Source of the DNA: Octopus vulgaris
Taxonomy: Eukaryota
Assembly: GCA_951406725.2 (NCBI GenBank)
Contig: OX597834.1
Span: 2,728,001 to 2,792,000, forward strand
Direction of reading: 5' to 3'
Length of the DNA stretch: 64,000 nucleotides
The notes under the pieces were generated by a model that was given only the letters and a program-made list of their open reading frames with translations, was not told the DNA's origin and did not search any database. Shown here piece by piece: positions 12,990 to 27,084 of the stretch (its first letter is position 1; every line of letters starts with the position of its first letter). The translations under genes were made by a program, and so were the position numbers.

Positions 12990-13600
12990 CTGTAAGCCAG
13001 GAGTCGATGTGTCACCATTGTGCAGGCTGCGAGAAGAAACTGACCTACACAGTAAGTGTATGTTTAAATTCGCACAGAAACAGTAGAAATCTTGGAGACA
13101 TGCTAATGTTGCAAAGATCATCCACTGGAAAATATGTAGAAGTACGGGCTTCCATCACGACACAAGTGACTTGAACATGCACCTGAAAACGTGACTAAGA
13201 GTAATGAGGTTAAGCTTCTATGGGGCTTTCGTATTAAAACAGATCATGTCCTAAGGCATAACAGACCAACTATCTCGGTGTTTGAGAAGGAACGGACTTG
13301 CTACATAACTGGTGTGGCTTATCAATTTGTTACGAGAGAAAAAGTGGAAATCACCAAGTAGACATATACAAGGACCTAAAGAAATAGATTAAGCAGATTG
13401 TGCAGTTGCAGAAAAAGTGAGGTCGTACCAATTCTCATTGGAGACTTAGGAAGAACGGGGAATTGACTCAAGGAGTGAAAAGATTGGATTGCAGATGCAC
13501 ATAGATAACATGCAACTGGATTGCTCTGTTGGGAACGACGAAGAACATTCGAAAGTTCTTGGATGGCTGAGGTCAGTTAGCCAAGAGTAGATCTACCTAT
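12990..13600 (+). mobile_element. Degenerate R4/Dong-clade RLE fragment
   Basis: KLLWGFRIKTDHVLRHNRPTISVFEKERTCYITGVA...VVPILIGDLG is the degenerate RLE motif LWDF.I.TD...HNRPD. Confidence 0.8.
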
Positions 13601-14759
13601 ATTCCATCATTGGAATGAGATGCTAAAAAGTTTTGAAATAAATAATTAATTGAAATAAATTAATACATCTAGCACCAACCTACCAACTTACCATCCACAA
13701 ATCATTAACGTCTCCTACTTATAATTGCATGAATTATAAACACCACTCCATAGATACACGACACATCCAATAAAATAACTCATGTATCAGGCCACAACAG
13801 GTACATGTACACAGCCAGCAGCAAGTCATGCTAGTTTAGCCTGATGATCGCCCTAGCGTGAAACTCTGAGTTTCACTTTCAATAAGATAAAAACTATATA
13901 TAACAGAAACACACACACGTGCGCGTGTGCACACACACACACATAGTTGTAGTAATGAAGTCAAACCAAATAGTGATATTTTGAAATCATTTGATATGTA
14001 TGTATATGTGTGTATGTAGAAATGTATATATATATATATATTAACATACACATACATATGTTTGTATGTATATATATATATATATATATATTCATATACA
14101 AACACACATACATACACACACACACACACACATATATATGTATACGCACACATATATGTATGTACGTATATGATCTCGGTGGGAATTGAACTTCCTCTGT
14201 AGCGATACTTATCGAGAGGGAAGAATAGAGCGGAAGCGGAAGTAGCAAGCATCCATAACGATAACATGTACGACGATTATTTGTGGAGGTAATAATTATG
14301 GCTCAATACATTGGCTGGAGTTCGATGTGTGTGTGTGTGTGGGGGGGTGCTTTTGTGAGAGTTTATCACTGTTGTATTATGTGTGTGTGCGCGTGTATGT
14401 GTGGGCGTCTGTATATGTGAGAGGATTAGATAGAAAGAGAGAAGGCAAAGAGGAGTAAATGGAAGCATACTCGCCCCACCCACACACACACCTAAACACT
14501 CGCACATTTATGCATTCACACACAAGTACACGACGGTCGCAATGTTTCCATCTATGTGTGTGTGTGTGTGTGTGTGTGTTTATATATGTGTGTGTGTGTG
14601 TGTGTGTGATTGCGTGAACTGTTTTCAAAACACGATTACTTTAGCTCTTTACTGAAGACAGCATGTTTAAAAGAATACATACATGTATATGTATGTATAT
14701 ATGCACACACACACACACACACATTCACATATATGCCTATATACGATATATGTATACAA

Positions 14760-14795
<36 letters not shown>

Positions 14796-15162
14796 GAAGG
14801 AGGAGTAGTGTGAGAAATGTAGCCAGCAGTCGATAGACTGAGGTAATCTTGTAGATTCCTCAATATCTCGAGTTACTTCCGCCGGCAGGAAATCACAAAA
14901 ACACCGTAACATTGTCTTCAGGTTGATTACAATAACAACAACAACAACAACAACTGGAGAAATAATACAAACAGCCACACACAAACACGCATACAAACAC
15001 ACGCAAAAAACACGCATATGTAGACATGCTCAGACACACAAACTCATGCATCTAGCGCAGGCGCCGTCTTAATTTCCGGTATATTCACCTACATTCTAGC
15101 GTAACTTGGAGATTTCATCTTTCTTCTGATTGTTTTTGTTCTTTACCAGTAAAGCATAGCTT

Positions 15163-15229
<67 letters not shown>

Positions 15230-15436
15230 GGTAGTAGTTTTGTTGTTTTGCGGGTCAACTCCAGATCCGATTGACGTCAGATGAAGAAGATTTCTCAACG
15301 GCTGACCGTCTTTTGTTTTCTTGGCAAAGTGTATCTAGGATTACATTATGTAATGTCTCCTTCTCTGTTGTCGTTGGTGTTCTTTTAACTCCAGGACAGC
15401 TCTGATCCTGCAGACCTACGATCAAAATTCTTCCGG

Positions 15437-15548
15437 GTGCATGTGTGGCCAAGTGGTTAACAAGCTCGCTTCCCAACCATGTTGGCTTGGTTTCAGTCCC
15501 ACTACGCGGCACTTTGGGATTTGGTAGACGAAAACTGAAAGAAGCCTG

Positions 15549-15602
<54 letters not shown>

Positions 15603-16035
15603 TTTATTTAAAAGCAGCAGAAATTCAACAAAGCCTGTTACTCGGAGTTTCACGTTCCCGTTCGTCGGACAGTAAATTTTAACAAAACTGTCCGACGAAC
15701 GGGAACGTGAAACTCTGAGTAACAGGCTTTGTTGAATTTCTGCTGCTTTTAAATAAAGCATATTACTCTACCCCTTGTATTTGAGTACTCTTTTTTTCCA
15801 CCCTGTTTCACATTTATGTGTTTACTCCGGTATATGTATATATATGTATGAGTGAGTGTGTTTGTTCTCTATTACTACTTGACAACCGATGCTGGTTTGT
15901 TTACATCCCTAAAGCTTAGTGTTTCGGTGAAGGAGACCGATAGAATTAGTAGCAGTCCTAAAAATAAGTACAAATGTCAATTTCTTCAACGAAACCCTTC
16001 AAAGTGATGCTGCACCAGCTTGGCCGCAGACTGAC
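15437..16035 (+). mobile_element. SINE family A copy, with a palindromic hammerhead element nested in its internal (TA)n
   Basis: Head 15437-15550 and tail 15850-16035 match family A; the insert spans about 15601-15830. Confidence 0.8.
15602..15830. mobile_element. Palindromic Penelope-like element: 72-bp arms (15602-15673 / 15687-15758), each with a minimal hammerhead fold
   Basis: Arms are reverse complements with 1 mismatch and a 13-nt spacer. Right arm: CTGT CCGACGA ACG-GGAA-CGT GAAA CTC-T-GAG TA ACAG. Confidence 0.8.
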
Positions 16036-17066
16036 CATCCCAGCTTATATTTAAACGTAGTGTATCTAGGACAACATTACCCTTGTGTGTCCTCCGTAAT
16101 TACTGCCGTTTTGGCCCAGGTCAATTCTTAGATGCTTCAGCTGTCCATCTTTTAATATCCAGAACTACTTTATCAAATGTATCCTTCCTCGTAGATGTTT
16201 AGTCCCTGGTCAGCCCTGATCCAGCAGATATCTGAGCAAATTTATTCCAGGCAATACCATACCATTTATTATTCAGTGAAAGTGTATCTAGGACTATATT
16301 AATTAATGTCTCGTATTTTAAGTCAGTGAGTCTGTGTGAGGTAAAGTTTTCATGAACGCGATCCTCTACCGGTTTTACAATTTTCAAAGTGGCAGACGAT
16401 CTTTTTTTTTTTATTGATTTAAAATGGTGGCTATGTTTGTGAAGTTGTCTGGACACTCCGTAATGTAATAAGAGGGAGAGAGAGAGGGGGAAAAAGAGAG
16501 ACAGACAGACAGCTAGGCAGACAGATCGAGACAGTGACAGACAGACAGACAGGGTCTGACAGTTAGAGAGGGAGAGACAGATGTGATGGGAAAGGAGAGA
16601 GTGACAGAGACATGAAGTGAGAAAGAGGAAAAGTGAGAGAGAGAGAAGGTTAGGGAGGGATAGCAGATGAATGAGAGGTGAATAAGGAAGGAAGGTGAGA
16701 GATGAAAGAGGGAGACAAGGTGAGTGAAGGATACCAGGTGAGTGGGGACGAAAGGCGAGAGAGGTAGAAAAGACGAGTAAGGAGAAATGGTGAGGGAGAG
16801 GTGAGTACAGGAGAGATGGTTGTAGAGAGAATGTGAAGGAAAGCACCAGATGAGTGAGAAGGGGAATGTGAGTGGGGGGAGGGGGTAGAGTATAATTCAT
16901 CGTCTTTTCTCAGTTCTTCTTTACTTCCTGCTCCAGATTATTGAAATTCACTCTGGAAAGTATAAAATGATACGGTCACGTGATAGGTGCTTGGTAAAAG
17001 GTGAGAGCTATAGAGTGGAACTTGGTTGCCCCGCGAAGGTTTCTTTTGTGCCGCCTATAAAAATAC

Positions 17067-17373
17067 GGCACTCCATCGATTACGACCCAGTTGATCCGAT
17101 CGACGGGAAAAGCCTGCTCATGAAATTGATATGCAAGTGGCTGAGCATTCCACAGACACCTTTAACGTAATTCTCAGGAAGATCCAGGGTTTGCACAGAA
17201 TGTGACAAGGCTGGCCTTTTGAAATACAGGTATCACTAATTTTTGCCAGCTGAGTGGACGGGAGCAGCGTGAAATAAAGGGTCTTGTTCGAGGACATAAT
17301 GTACTGTCAGATATCGAACTCACGATGTCACGACCGTGAGATGAACGCCCTAACCACTGAGCCACGCGCCGTC
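17067..17373 (-). mobile_element. tRNA-derived SINE family D (CORE-like central region)
   Basis: Head gacggcgcgtggctcagtggttagggcg...gagttcgatat; core tgtcctcgaacaagacc...gtccactcagctggcaaaaa; tail gatcggatcaactgg...ggagtgcc, also seen near 11940-11990. Confidence 0.8.
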
Positions 17374-17839
17374 ATTGTACAACCCAGAATGCTTCCTTCG
17401 CTGACAAATGTACGACGCTACAGAAGGCAATATGTCTACGGATAACACATTAACAACATTGTTATTAATGTCAGTAATATTTGTATATCAACATTTCGGC
17501 CGCACCAGAATGCTCCTCGCAAGCAAATATCGGAACGCTCGCTGTTTCTGCAAAATAGCTGTATATAAGCGAGAGAGTTATTAGGAATTATATGCATTTA
17601 GAACACTTCTTTAAGTATAGACAACGATTACATTGAAACAGAACCGGGTAAAGACATCAATTCTACTTTTGGTGTCCGCAGAAAAAGAAAAACACGATAT
17701 AAATAATTCCTTTGAATAATTTCTTCAATTTGAAAAGAGAAAAATGGAATTAGCCATTTGGTAAAATACAATAATTTAAACGAACAGAAGTACGTTTTGT
17801 GTTTTATATACATTATTCAAGCACAAATGCGTGTGAGTG

Positions 17840-17893
<54 letters not shown>

Positions 17894-17949
17894 AGATAGA
17901 GAATGTGCGTGTGTGTGTGCGTCTGCTGTACTAAAGAACTTTTTCATCG

Positions 17950-18219
17950 TTTATCTTTTACTCGTTTCAGTCATTAGACTGTGCACCGCTTTCAAGAATT
18001 TGTAGTCGAATGAATCGACCCCGAGTACTTATCTTTTTATTCTGTCGGGCTCTTTTGTTAAACCGCTAAGTTACGGAAACGTAAACACACTAACTTCGAT
18101 TGTCAAGCTGTGGTGAGGAACTAAAACAGACAAAGATACACACACGCACAAACTTACTTTTATACAGATGGATGTGTTAATCCACTACAGCTGCTTCCAA
18201 AGAGTTTCGTTCGAATCCT

Positions 18220-18300
<81 letters not shown>

Positions 18301-18509
18301 ATATATATATATATATAGTAAATCCAGAAAAGAACAAACACAAAAAACAGCAATGCGAGGACGTAGTACATGTAATGTATTAGCAGACGCTTAGAGAAGG
18401 AAAGAAAAATGGTTTAACGCTTCGAGCAGACGCTCTTCTCGGAAACAGCGGTAAGTCCAATAGAAGGGAAGACGGTGGAAGAAAATCGCCAACGATTCAC
18501 ATGTGGATA

Positions 18510-18574
<65 letters not shown>

Positions 18575-18640
18575 GTAGTGGGACTGGACCCGGGAGAATA
18601 TGATTGGAAAGCATACAACATATCACACAGGCACTTCCCC
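17950..18640 (-). mobile_element. SINE family A remnant whose internal microsatellite carries a Penelope-like hammerhead element (~18318-18510)
   Basis: Tail 17950-18150, degenerate head 18570-18640. The insert is flanked by (TA)n and contains gttt ccgaga agagc gtct gctc gaagcgtt aaac on the minus strand. Confidence 0.65.
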
Positions 18641-18900
18641 TTTCTTCAAATTTTTCCATATTACTTCCTGAGTTTCTCGCGATACATTTGGAACAGTAAA
18701 GTTTGTAGATCCATTACCAATGATTGTAGGTCTTCACAGCCTCATCTTCTGGAGAAATGGTCATATTACTGTTTGTTGCTGTATCGCCTAAGGACCGACG
18801 TGGTTGGTTAAAAACGTTTCAGCCGCAACTTCCATTGCTGGTGTTAGATATTTATCCCATCTTTCCGGTCTTTATTTATTCTTTGGAGCTGGTGAAGTGT
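18640..18900 (-). mobile_element. Possible PIF/Harbinger transposase remnant
   Basis: Across frames: ETFLTNHVGP*AIQQQT, TISPED, IGNGST...VSRETQEVIWKNL, reminiscent of Harbinger VGP.I.KQ.T...ISPE...IG.ST...ETC.AIW..L. Confidence 0.45.
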
Positions 18901-19874
18901 ACCTGTGTGTCGCGCCCGCGGATATTTCTTCTAATATTAATAGCGATGCCGTTGTGCAAATAGAAAAAGTCTTAGATATGCCAAGAAATAAATATAATCT
19001 CAGAATAAAACGGAGTTTACAACTTGGTAATTCGTTCGACGTTGATGTACAATATATGTTACTCTCGTTGAAATATAAACAGAAAATATTTAACTAAAAA
19101 CTTTTGTTGTTTAACACCTTAAAGCAAAAAGGAGGATTTCATTGAATTAAATCTGCAACACGGCTTACATTTGCAGTGGGCGGACATTTGAATCTCACTT
19201 ATTTATCTTCTGCAGAAAAAACATCGATGTGTGTTGACAACGAACGGTTTACTCTGTATGTATGTATGTATATACACATACACATATATATGTATACTCA
19301 CACACGCGCATATTATTATTACTAGTATTGTTGTTATACATACATACATACATACATACAAGCATATGTAATGATAATAATAAGTGGATGTAAATACATG
19401 AACAAAATAAGAATAAACAAAAACAACAAAAACAAAAAAACACAATACAAATTACATGAACAAATAAAATTACAAATTACATGAACATATATAAACAGAA
19501 GATACAAATATTACAGGCATCCCCCACATACACACACTAAATAAACATAAACGCACATAGAGATATAAGCATGCGCAAATGAAGACATACAATAGAAATA
19601 AAAAATGGCTGACGGTTGGTAAGGAGAGACACAAATAAGAAAGAAGAAAACAAAGGACCACTGATGCGGTCACAGGAGTGTGACGAAAGAACTCTGGCCG
19701 AAATAAGATTAAGATTAATGTAAAAAATAAATAACACTGAAGCAAAATAACACCAAATATATAGTGCGTGTGTTTTTATTGGCTAAACTAGCAAAATGAC
19801 CATTCCGAAATATAACAATATCTGTTTCAACACGCGACTTCACATAAAAAATCTTGCACAATAAATATTTAAAC

Positions 19875-19925
<51 letters not shown>

Positions 19926-19999
19926 TATAAGTATATAATGTATGCGTGTGAGAAAGATGAAGATTTGAACTGATTTTCTTTCATCACTTGGTGAATAGT

Positions 20000-20061
<62 letters not shown>

Positions 20062-20599
20062 TACACACACGCACACCCATTTGTACATACATGTTAGTAT
20101 ATGGATAGGTAGATATGAGATATCTATATTCGGATGGCGAATATTAAATTCCATTTATTTTCTGTATATATACTCATTCACACACACACGTGTGTGTGCG
20201 TGTATATGTATATATATATATAGATTAGATATATGTATGTATAGATATGTAATTATATATGTATACATAAATATATACATACACTCACACACACACACAC
20301 ACATATGCACATACATATACACACACACACGCACATATACATATAGGCAATGTTTTTTACTTTGAAACATGTTCTGCTGAAAACACAACCCGGCCATGTT
20401 TAATCTTTTATTTTTCCTTAATTATTTTCCGTAACAATGTCTTCCTTCGTCCTCCTTTTTGTCCGGACCGTGGAACAATAAGCGTCCTGAATCCATTAAC
20501 GTTTCAATACTTTGTCATAACTAATCTTCTAAGTCATTTTTTATTTAGATAGTTATTATTATTGTTGTTATTATTGTTATTATTATTATTATTATTATA

Positions 20600-20696
<97 letters not shown>

Positions 20697-21140
20697 TTAT
20701 CATCATCATTATTATTATTATTATTATTGTTATTGTTATTGTTGTTGTTATTATTTCTTGCATGGAATTCTATGGAGCATCGTTGCCATATCAACTAATG
20801 TTTCGCTAGTGTTGTTTCCCGTCCTCCGTTATTGTGTACCTTAATGTTTCCCTGTTATAAACGCAGACGACATTAGCAGACGAGAAACTGCACTAAAACG
20901 TCCAACCTGATGTTCTGGGTCAAGAAGTTTATAACTTTCAAATTCACATTATAAAATTCATATCCTGCCATATTTGTCTGAAGGAACTTCCGTGATCTGC
21001 AAGCTTTGGGTTCCTGGTTGTTGAGGAAGGGGTTTCTTTCAAAAAAAAAAATTCAATTATTATTAGTGAAATTATAAGTTTGTGGTGAGAAGTGATACAT
21101 GTTGTGTTCTGTTCTATATTTAAGAGATGAGGAATTATGT

Positions 21141-21532
<392 letters not shown>

Positions 21533-21860
21533 TTGTGTTCTGTTTTATCAATTTATTTTTTGTATTTTCTATCAGAGGAATATTCGTGGAATAAATAAAG
21601 ACGGTTATATCCATAACAACATACACAGCTAAAAGCGCCACATAGACACAACTATAAAAGCAAAACCAACTAAAAAAGACAAATATTAACCACAAAAACA
21701 TTTTAGATCGGACGAATATGATTGTTTCGGTTACAATTAAAAACCTTGATGCATTGCTGCTAACGATAAAACGCGGCAGCAACATGCAATAATCATGTCT
21801 TTATTCAGAAGATGAGTCCTAGAACGTCTTGATATGTTAATGCCGTAAGAAATGTTGTTA

Positions 21861-22066
21861 TCTTATTCTTTTACTTGTTTTAATCGTTTGACTACGGCCA
21901 TGCTGGAACACCGCCTTTAGTCGAACAAATTGACCCCAAGACTTATTCTTTGTAAGCCTAGTACTTATTTTATCGGCCTCTTTCGCTGAACCCTAAGTTA
22001 CGGGGACGTAAACACACCAACATCGGTTGTCAAGCGATGGTGGGGGATAAACACAGACACACATTT

Positions 22067-22140
<74 letters not shown>

Positions 22141-22297
22141 GACGGGCTTCTGTCAGTGTCCGTCTTCCAAATCTGGTCACAAGGCTTTGGTCGGCTCGAG
22201 ACTATAGTAGAAGACATTTGCCCAACGTGCCACACAGTGGGACTGAACACGGAACCATGTGGTTGGAAGCAAGCTTCTTACCACACAGCCACTCCAT
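21861..22297 (-). mobile_element. SINE family A, full-length copy
   Basis: Reverse complement of the 35127-35581 pattern, with an internal (TA)/(CA) microsatellite. Confidence 0.9.
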
Positions 22298-22365
22298 TCA
22301 TGGTTAATAAAGTAGTATGAATAAAGTTCATACATTAAAACAAAATTTGATTACGTTTCTGTCTT

Positions 22366-22432
<67 letters not shown>

Positions 22433-22469
22433 CATATATATAATTATATATACATATATATGTGTGTGT

Positions 22470-22518
<49 letters not shown>

Positions 22519-22885
22519 CATGTATGTATATATATATGCTTATACATATACATATATGGTCTCATTGATTAATAAACTTACTTTTGGCTTAGATTTCAAG
22601 TATCACCTAATGGTTTATTAGACCAGACATTTTTTGAATCAGCCTTTAGGAAAAAATTGAAGACTTATTGGAAATGAATTTGCAAATGAGTTTGACATTA
22701 CTTTAAGTTTTGGCTTCCTCTATCAAAAAATATTCTGTTTTTGTTGAATTCTTCAAATTTCTTGAAAATAACAACCACAAAATTAACGTTTAAGCTCCTT
22801 GTATATATTTTCGTTTATTCAAACGCACACACATACGTGTGTGTGAGCGTACTAGTATGTATACACTTATATATATGTATGTGTG

Positions 22886-23014
<129 letters not shown>

Positions 23015-23019
23015 GCACA

Positions 23020-23190
23020 CCGGAGTAAGTACATAGATGTGAAAGAAGGTGGAAGAAAGTGTACTCAAATACCAGAGGTAGAGTAATATGCTTTAATGAA
23101 AAGCAGCAGGATTATCACAAAAACTGTTACTCAGAGTTTCACATTCCCGTTCGCTTTTGTGATATTTCTGCTGCTTTTCAATAAAATATA
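23020..23190 (-). mobile_element. Second copy of the 15602-15830 palindromic family, with a collapsed centre
   Basis: Shares tactcaaataccagaggtagagtaatatgc, aaaagcagcag and ctgttactcagagtttcacattcccgttcg; follows a long (TA)n. Confidence 0.75.
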
Positions 23191-23680
23191 CTGCAATTAC
23201 CGTGGAGAAAAAGATCTCTCTTATGGGGAAAAGGTGTGAAAACGCCAGTTCGTTCATATATATATAAGCACAATTTAGGTTAGTTGAAATATGAGATGCA
23301 CATATCGTCAGCCATTAAGGGACATGCTCAATTGATTAAGGTCCAAAATCTGACAAGCAAATCTGTGGTATTGAGCAGAATATTAGCTGTAGCCCATCTT
23401 TTATACCAAGACAAAACAAGTACATGATAACACTTCCAATCAGTTAAGATCAGAAGCGATGACGATATATGCATCTCTGATCACGAAGTATTGGGGAGCA
23501 TCATAGCCGTGTGTTGAAAGGAATTCTGGCGTTATGTGGTGATCAGAGAATGTCTTAGAAAGAAAGTTGGAATGTCTTGGAGACGGAGAATTACATTTGC
23601 TGCTGCTAGTGCCACCGCTGCTACTCTTATTCTGGCTCATTTCTGCTCATTTATTATTATTATTATTATCATCATTATTA

Positions 23681-23711
<31 letters not shown>

Positions 23712-23712
23712 A

Positions 23713-24990
23713 ATTTACTTTTAATCTGCATGTTACAATCACTTACCGAGACACACCCAGCGTCCTGGGGTGAGTGAAAGATTGGGGATGTTACAGTATG
23801 ACTGCCAGCTTGGGGAGGGGAAGTGGCAGGGGCAGTAGAGAAATATCTCCATATAATACAACACAGATGTTTAAATGGATAGGGTTTTTCCCAATCTGTG
23901 GACAGTACTTTTTAGCTCAATCTTTTGGGTTTCTCTGAGACATGATTCTCCTGGGATCTTATCTAGATGTTTCTGACATAATAACAAGAACAGTTCTCAC
24001 TTTAAGATGCCACATCTTTTGTATTTCAATTTCCAGGTCCTTATATTTACTTAATTTGTCAAATTCCTTTACAGATATACTTTTGTCAGTGAGATCACTT
24101 ACATCTATTAGTCTACAAGTATTTTCTTCTCTGTCTTTAATAATTATGTCTGGTCGATTAGCCTGTATCATTCTGCTAGTGTTGACTAGAAAATCCCAGA
24201 GAATAGTGACATTTTTACCTTCAACGACTGGCTCAGGATGATGTTCATACCAGTAATCAGAAGTGCCGATTTTGTAGTGTTTAATCTTTTCCAATGTAAA
24301 TACTATCCTAACCTATCCTGACGATTTTTGTATTCGTTTGGTGTCAGCACAGGACATCCTGAGACGAGATAGTCTATTGTTTCAACAAATGTATCGCAGA
24401 ATCTGCATTTAAGGTCAGAACCGTTTTGAAGAACATTAACCTGGTCGTTTTTGTGCCGTCAATATGAATCCTTCAATCTCTGCTTTCAATCCTGAGCTTG
24501 TCAACCACTGATGGGTTGTTGCTTGGTCTACATCAGCGTTTTGACTTCAAATACTGTCCATGCAGAGGTATTTGGTTCCACCGCACCTCAATTTGTTTCT
24601 GCTGTTCGTTTTTGCAGTTTGTTTGATCCATTTTGCTTGTTTTGTGGCAATGGTTTCAGGTTCTTCATCTAAGTCAGGGCTAATACCAAGTCCCCTTGCG
24701 AATTTGCAAGCTTTCTTGACAATAGAATGTAATCTTTTGCTGCTTTTGGTTTTACACACAAGCCGCAGCATCCAATCCTCTGTACTAGATAAGTACCTGT
24801 TTATTAATATTGTGGAGGTGTTATAGCACAGTTCTACCTGCATCATTCCTCTTCCCCATTACTTCTAGGTAGGTACAGATGATCAATGTCTGCTTTTGGG
24901 TGGTGCATTTTCTTAGATTTTAGTAGCTTTCTTGTCTTCCTGTTCAGGCGTTGGAACTCTGTAAGATTCCAGTTAATGATGTTAAAACTA

Positions 24991-24991
<1 letters not shown>
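23713..24991 (-). mobile_element. 5'-truncated R4/Dong-clade LINE (RT thumb, CCHC finger, RLE, 3' UTR) flanked by (TAA)n
   Basis: YSFNIINWNLTEFQRLNRKTRKLL...HHPKADIDHLYLPRSNGGRGMMQVE; CRFCDTFVETIDYLVSGCPVL; WYEHHPEPVVEGKNVTILWDF...ANRPDIIIKD...LIDVS...KLSKYKDLEIEIQKMW. Confidence 0.92.
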
Positions 24992-25068
<77 letters not shown>

Positions 25069-25078
25069 CATTATCATC

Positions 25079-25110
<32 letters not shown>

Positions 25111-25138
25111 TATTATTGTTATTGTTATTGTTATTGTT

Positions 25139-25183
<45 letters not shown>

Positions 25184-25186
25184 GGT

Positions 25187-25360
25187 AAGGCGGCGAGCTG
25201 GTAGAATCGTTAGCACGCCGGGCGAAATACTTTGTGGCATTTCGTTTGCCGCTACGTTCTGAGTTAAAGTTCCGCTGAGGTTGACTTTGCTTTTCATCCT
25301 TTCGATTAAACAAGTACCAGTTATGCACTGGGGTTGATGTAATCGATTTACCCCCTCCCA
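25187..25360 (+). mobile_element. tRNA-derived SINE family B (Meta-SINE-like core GCCTTTCATCCTTTCG...AAGTACCAG)
   Basis: aaggcggcgagctggtagaatcgttagcacgccgggcgaaat...ttctgagtt...gactttgcttttcatcctttcg...aagtaccag; many copies in the window. Confidence 0.85.
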
Positions 25361-25489
25361 AAGTCATTCACACCACAAGGTCTACCACCATCCCCACCTT
25401 CACCACGATCATAATCATCATCACCAACACCATCAAGAACGACACAATCATCACCACCACCAGAATGACCACCACTATATCTTTTACCA

Positions 25490-25820
25490 CAAGCGTCAGT
25501 CAGATACAGACCTCTCAGCTGAAAGCATGGACTAAAGCGAAATGCAGTCAGCCTAGTCATAAACTGGTACTACAGTGCCGTACATTCCACATAGCTACTA
25601 ATAGGTGCCATACTGCTGTAGATTCTACCTAGCTGTAAGTACCACAGTGAGCTACGGGTCATCTAGTTAGGTATCATACGGAGGTACAATCCATGTAGCT
25701 GAAAGCATGTACCACCCTGAGATACAGTTCATGTAGTTGTAACAAGGCACCACATTGTGGTACAGTCCTCCTAACTAGAAAAAAAATGATATCAGATATA
25801 ACTGAAAGGTACCATCATCT
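25490..25820. repeat. Old diverged minisatellite, unit ~37-41 bp (approx. GGTACCACAGTGAGGTACAGTCCATCTAGCTG..)
   Basis: Recurrent gtaccac...gtaca...tagctg submotifs, about 7 units. Confidence 0.6.
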
Positions 25821-26830
25821 CATTGTCTTGAAATTAAGGAACAAAAAAAAAGCATAGTTTTTTAACGTAACCCAGATGGAACATGTAGAGAGGTAATTGT
25901 TTAACTACTTATAGTGCAGCACTTAGAAGTCTCAATTTAAAATCTGTTTAATGGAAACTGTAAGAAAATCTGGTAAGGAACTTCTTAAATCTATGGCCCT
26001 TTCATCTGGAGACTAAAGAGAAATGTTGGAACTATTCTAGGTGGCATATACACGTGTTCGCTTCGTGCCTTTTGTAAAGTATCTAGATGGCTGTGGTTGA
26101 AATGGCATTGCCGGTGATGAGTTCAGTATGATACTGTTCAGACACTAGCTGGGACGAGATTGTATGTTGTACGTCCAGAAACAACCGTTGTTCCCAGGAT
26201 ACTACACTAATGATGTATCCAAGTATTGCATCTGGAGATGTCTGCAAACCTACGCAGAAGACATACAAACATGTCAATTTTATCGGTTTTCATGCAGATA
26301 AAAAAATTTACGAAGAACATTAATCTATTTTCCAGCATTATTGGGGTCTCGTCAGAGGTGTCTAACATTTCTTGACTATTCCCAGAGAAACAAGCACATT
26401 TTTTCTTATTAATTAGCATATAGAACAGAATGTGTTCTTTCCAGATCACACTTACCAAAGAGAGATTATAGAATTTGGTTCCAAACGTGTAAGACATCAT
26501 TTCTGAAAGAAGAATTCCCTTTCATGGATACAGGTGGAGAAGTAAGGAGGATTAGGGTTGGTGACTTCCAACTGGGGATACCTTTTTGTCGTATTGTATT
26601 GGTTGCTCTATAGGCTGATGCATGGACCAGTTAACAAATTGCATTAGCTGTCGGAGAGGAGAATTGGAACTTGGTATGGAAGATCGAGAGACGAGATAGG
26701 GGTGGGGCTAGGCTAATGTGACTTGAGCTAACTTTGACTTTCTGCTAATGACACACAGTATAGATACATAGATACATTCATAAATGTGTCTGTATGTGCA
26801 TACCCATACATATCTATTTATGTATATGTA

Positions 26831-26882
<52 letters not shown>

Positions 26883-26925
26883 CATATATATATATATACA
26901 TAACTATACATGCATACACACACAG

Positions 26926-26962
<37 letters not shown>

Positions 26963-27018
26963 CAATTACATATATGCATATATATGTATATATAAACACA
27001 TGGCAACATGTGCGTATG

Positions 27019-27084
<66 letters not shown>

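Noticed and set aside
16199-16900. 233-aa Leu/Ser-rich ORF and repeated GGTGAG donor-like motifs
   Set aside because: It is a purine-rich low-complexity tract; the donor-like motifs are antisense to the mGluR gene.
25490-25820. Regularly spaced repeats superficially like a CRISPR array
   Set aside because: The units are diverged tandem copies without unique spacers; the context is eukaryotic and there are no cas genes.
26090-26700. Faint Penelope GIY-YIG-like peptide echoes (also ~38300-38650 and ~54000-55600)
   Set aside because: Too decayed to call by eye; needs a translated HMM search.
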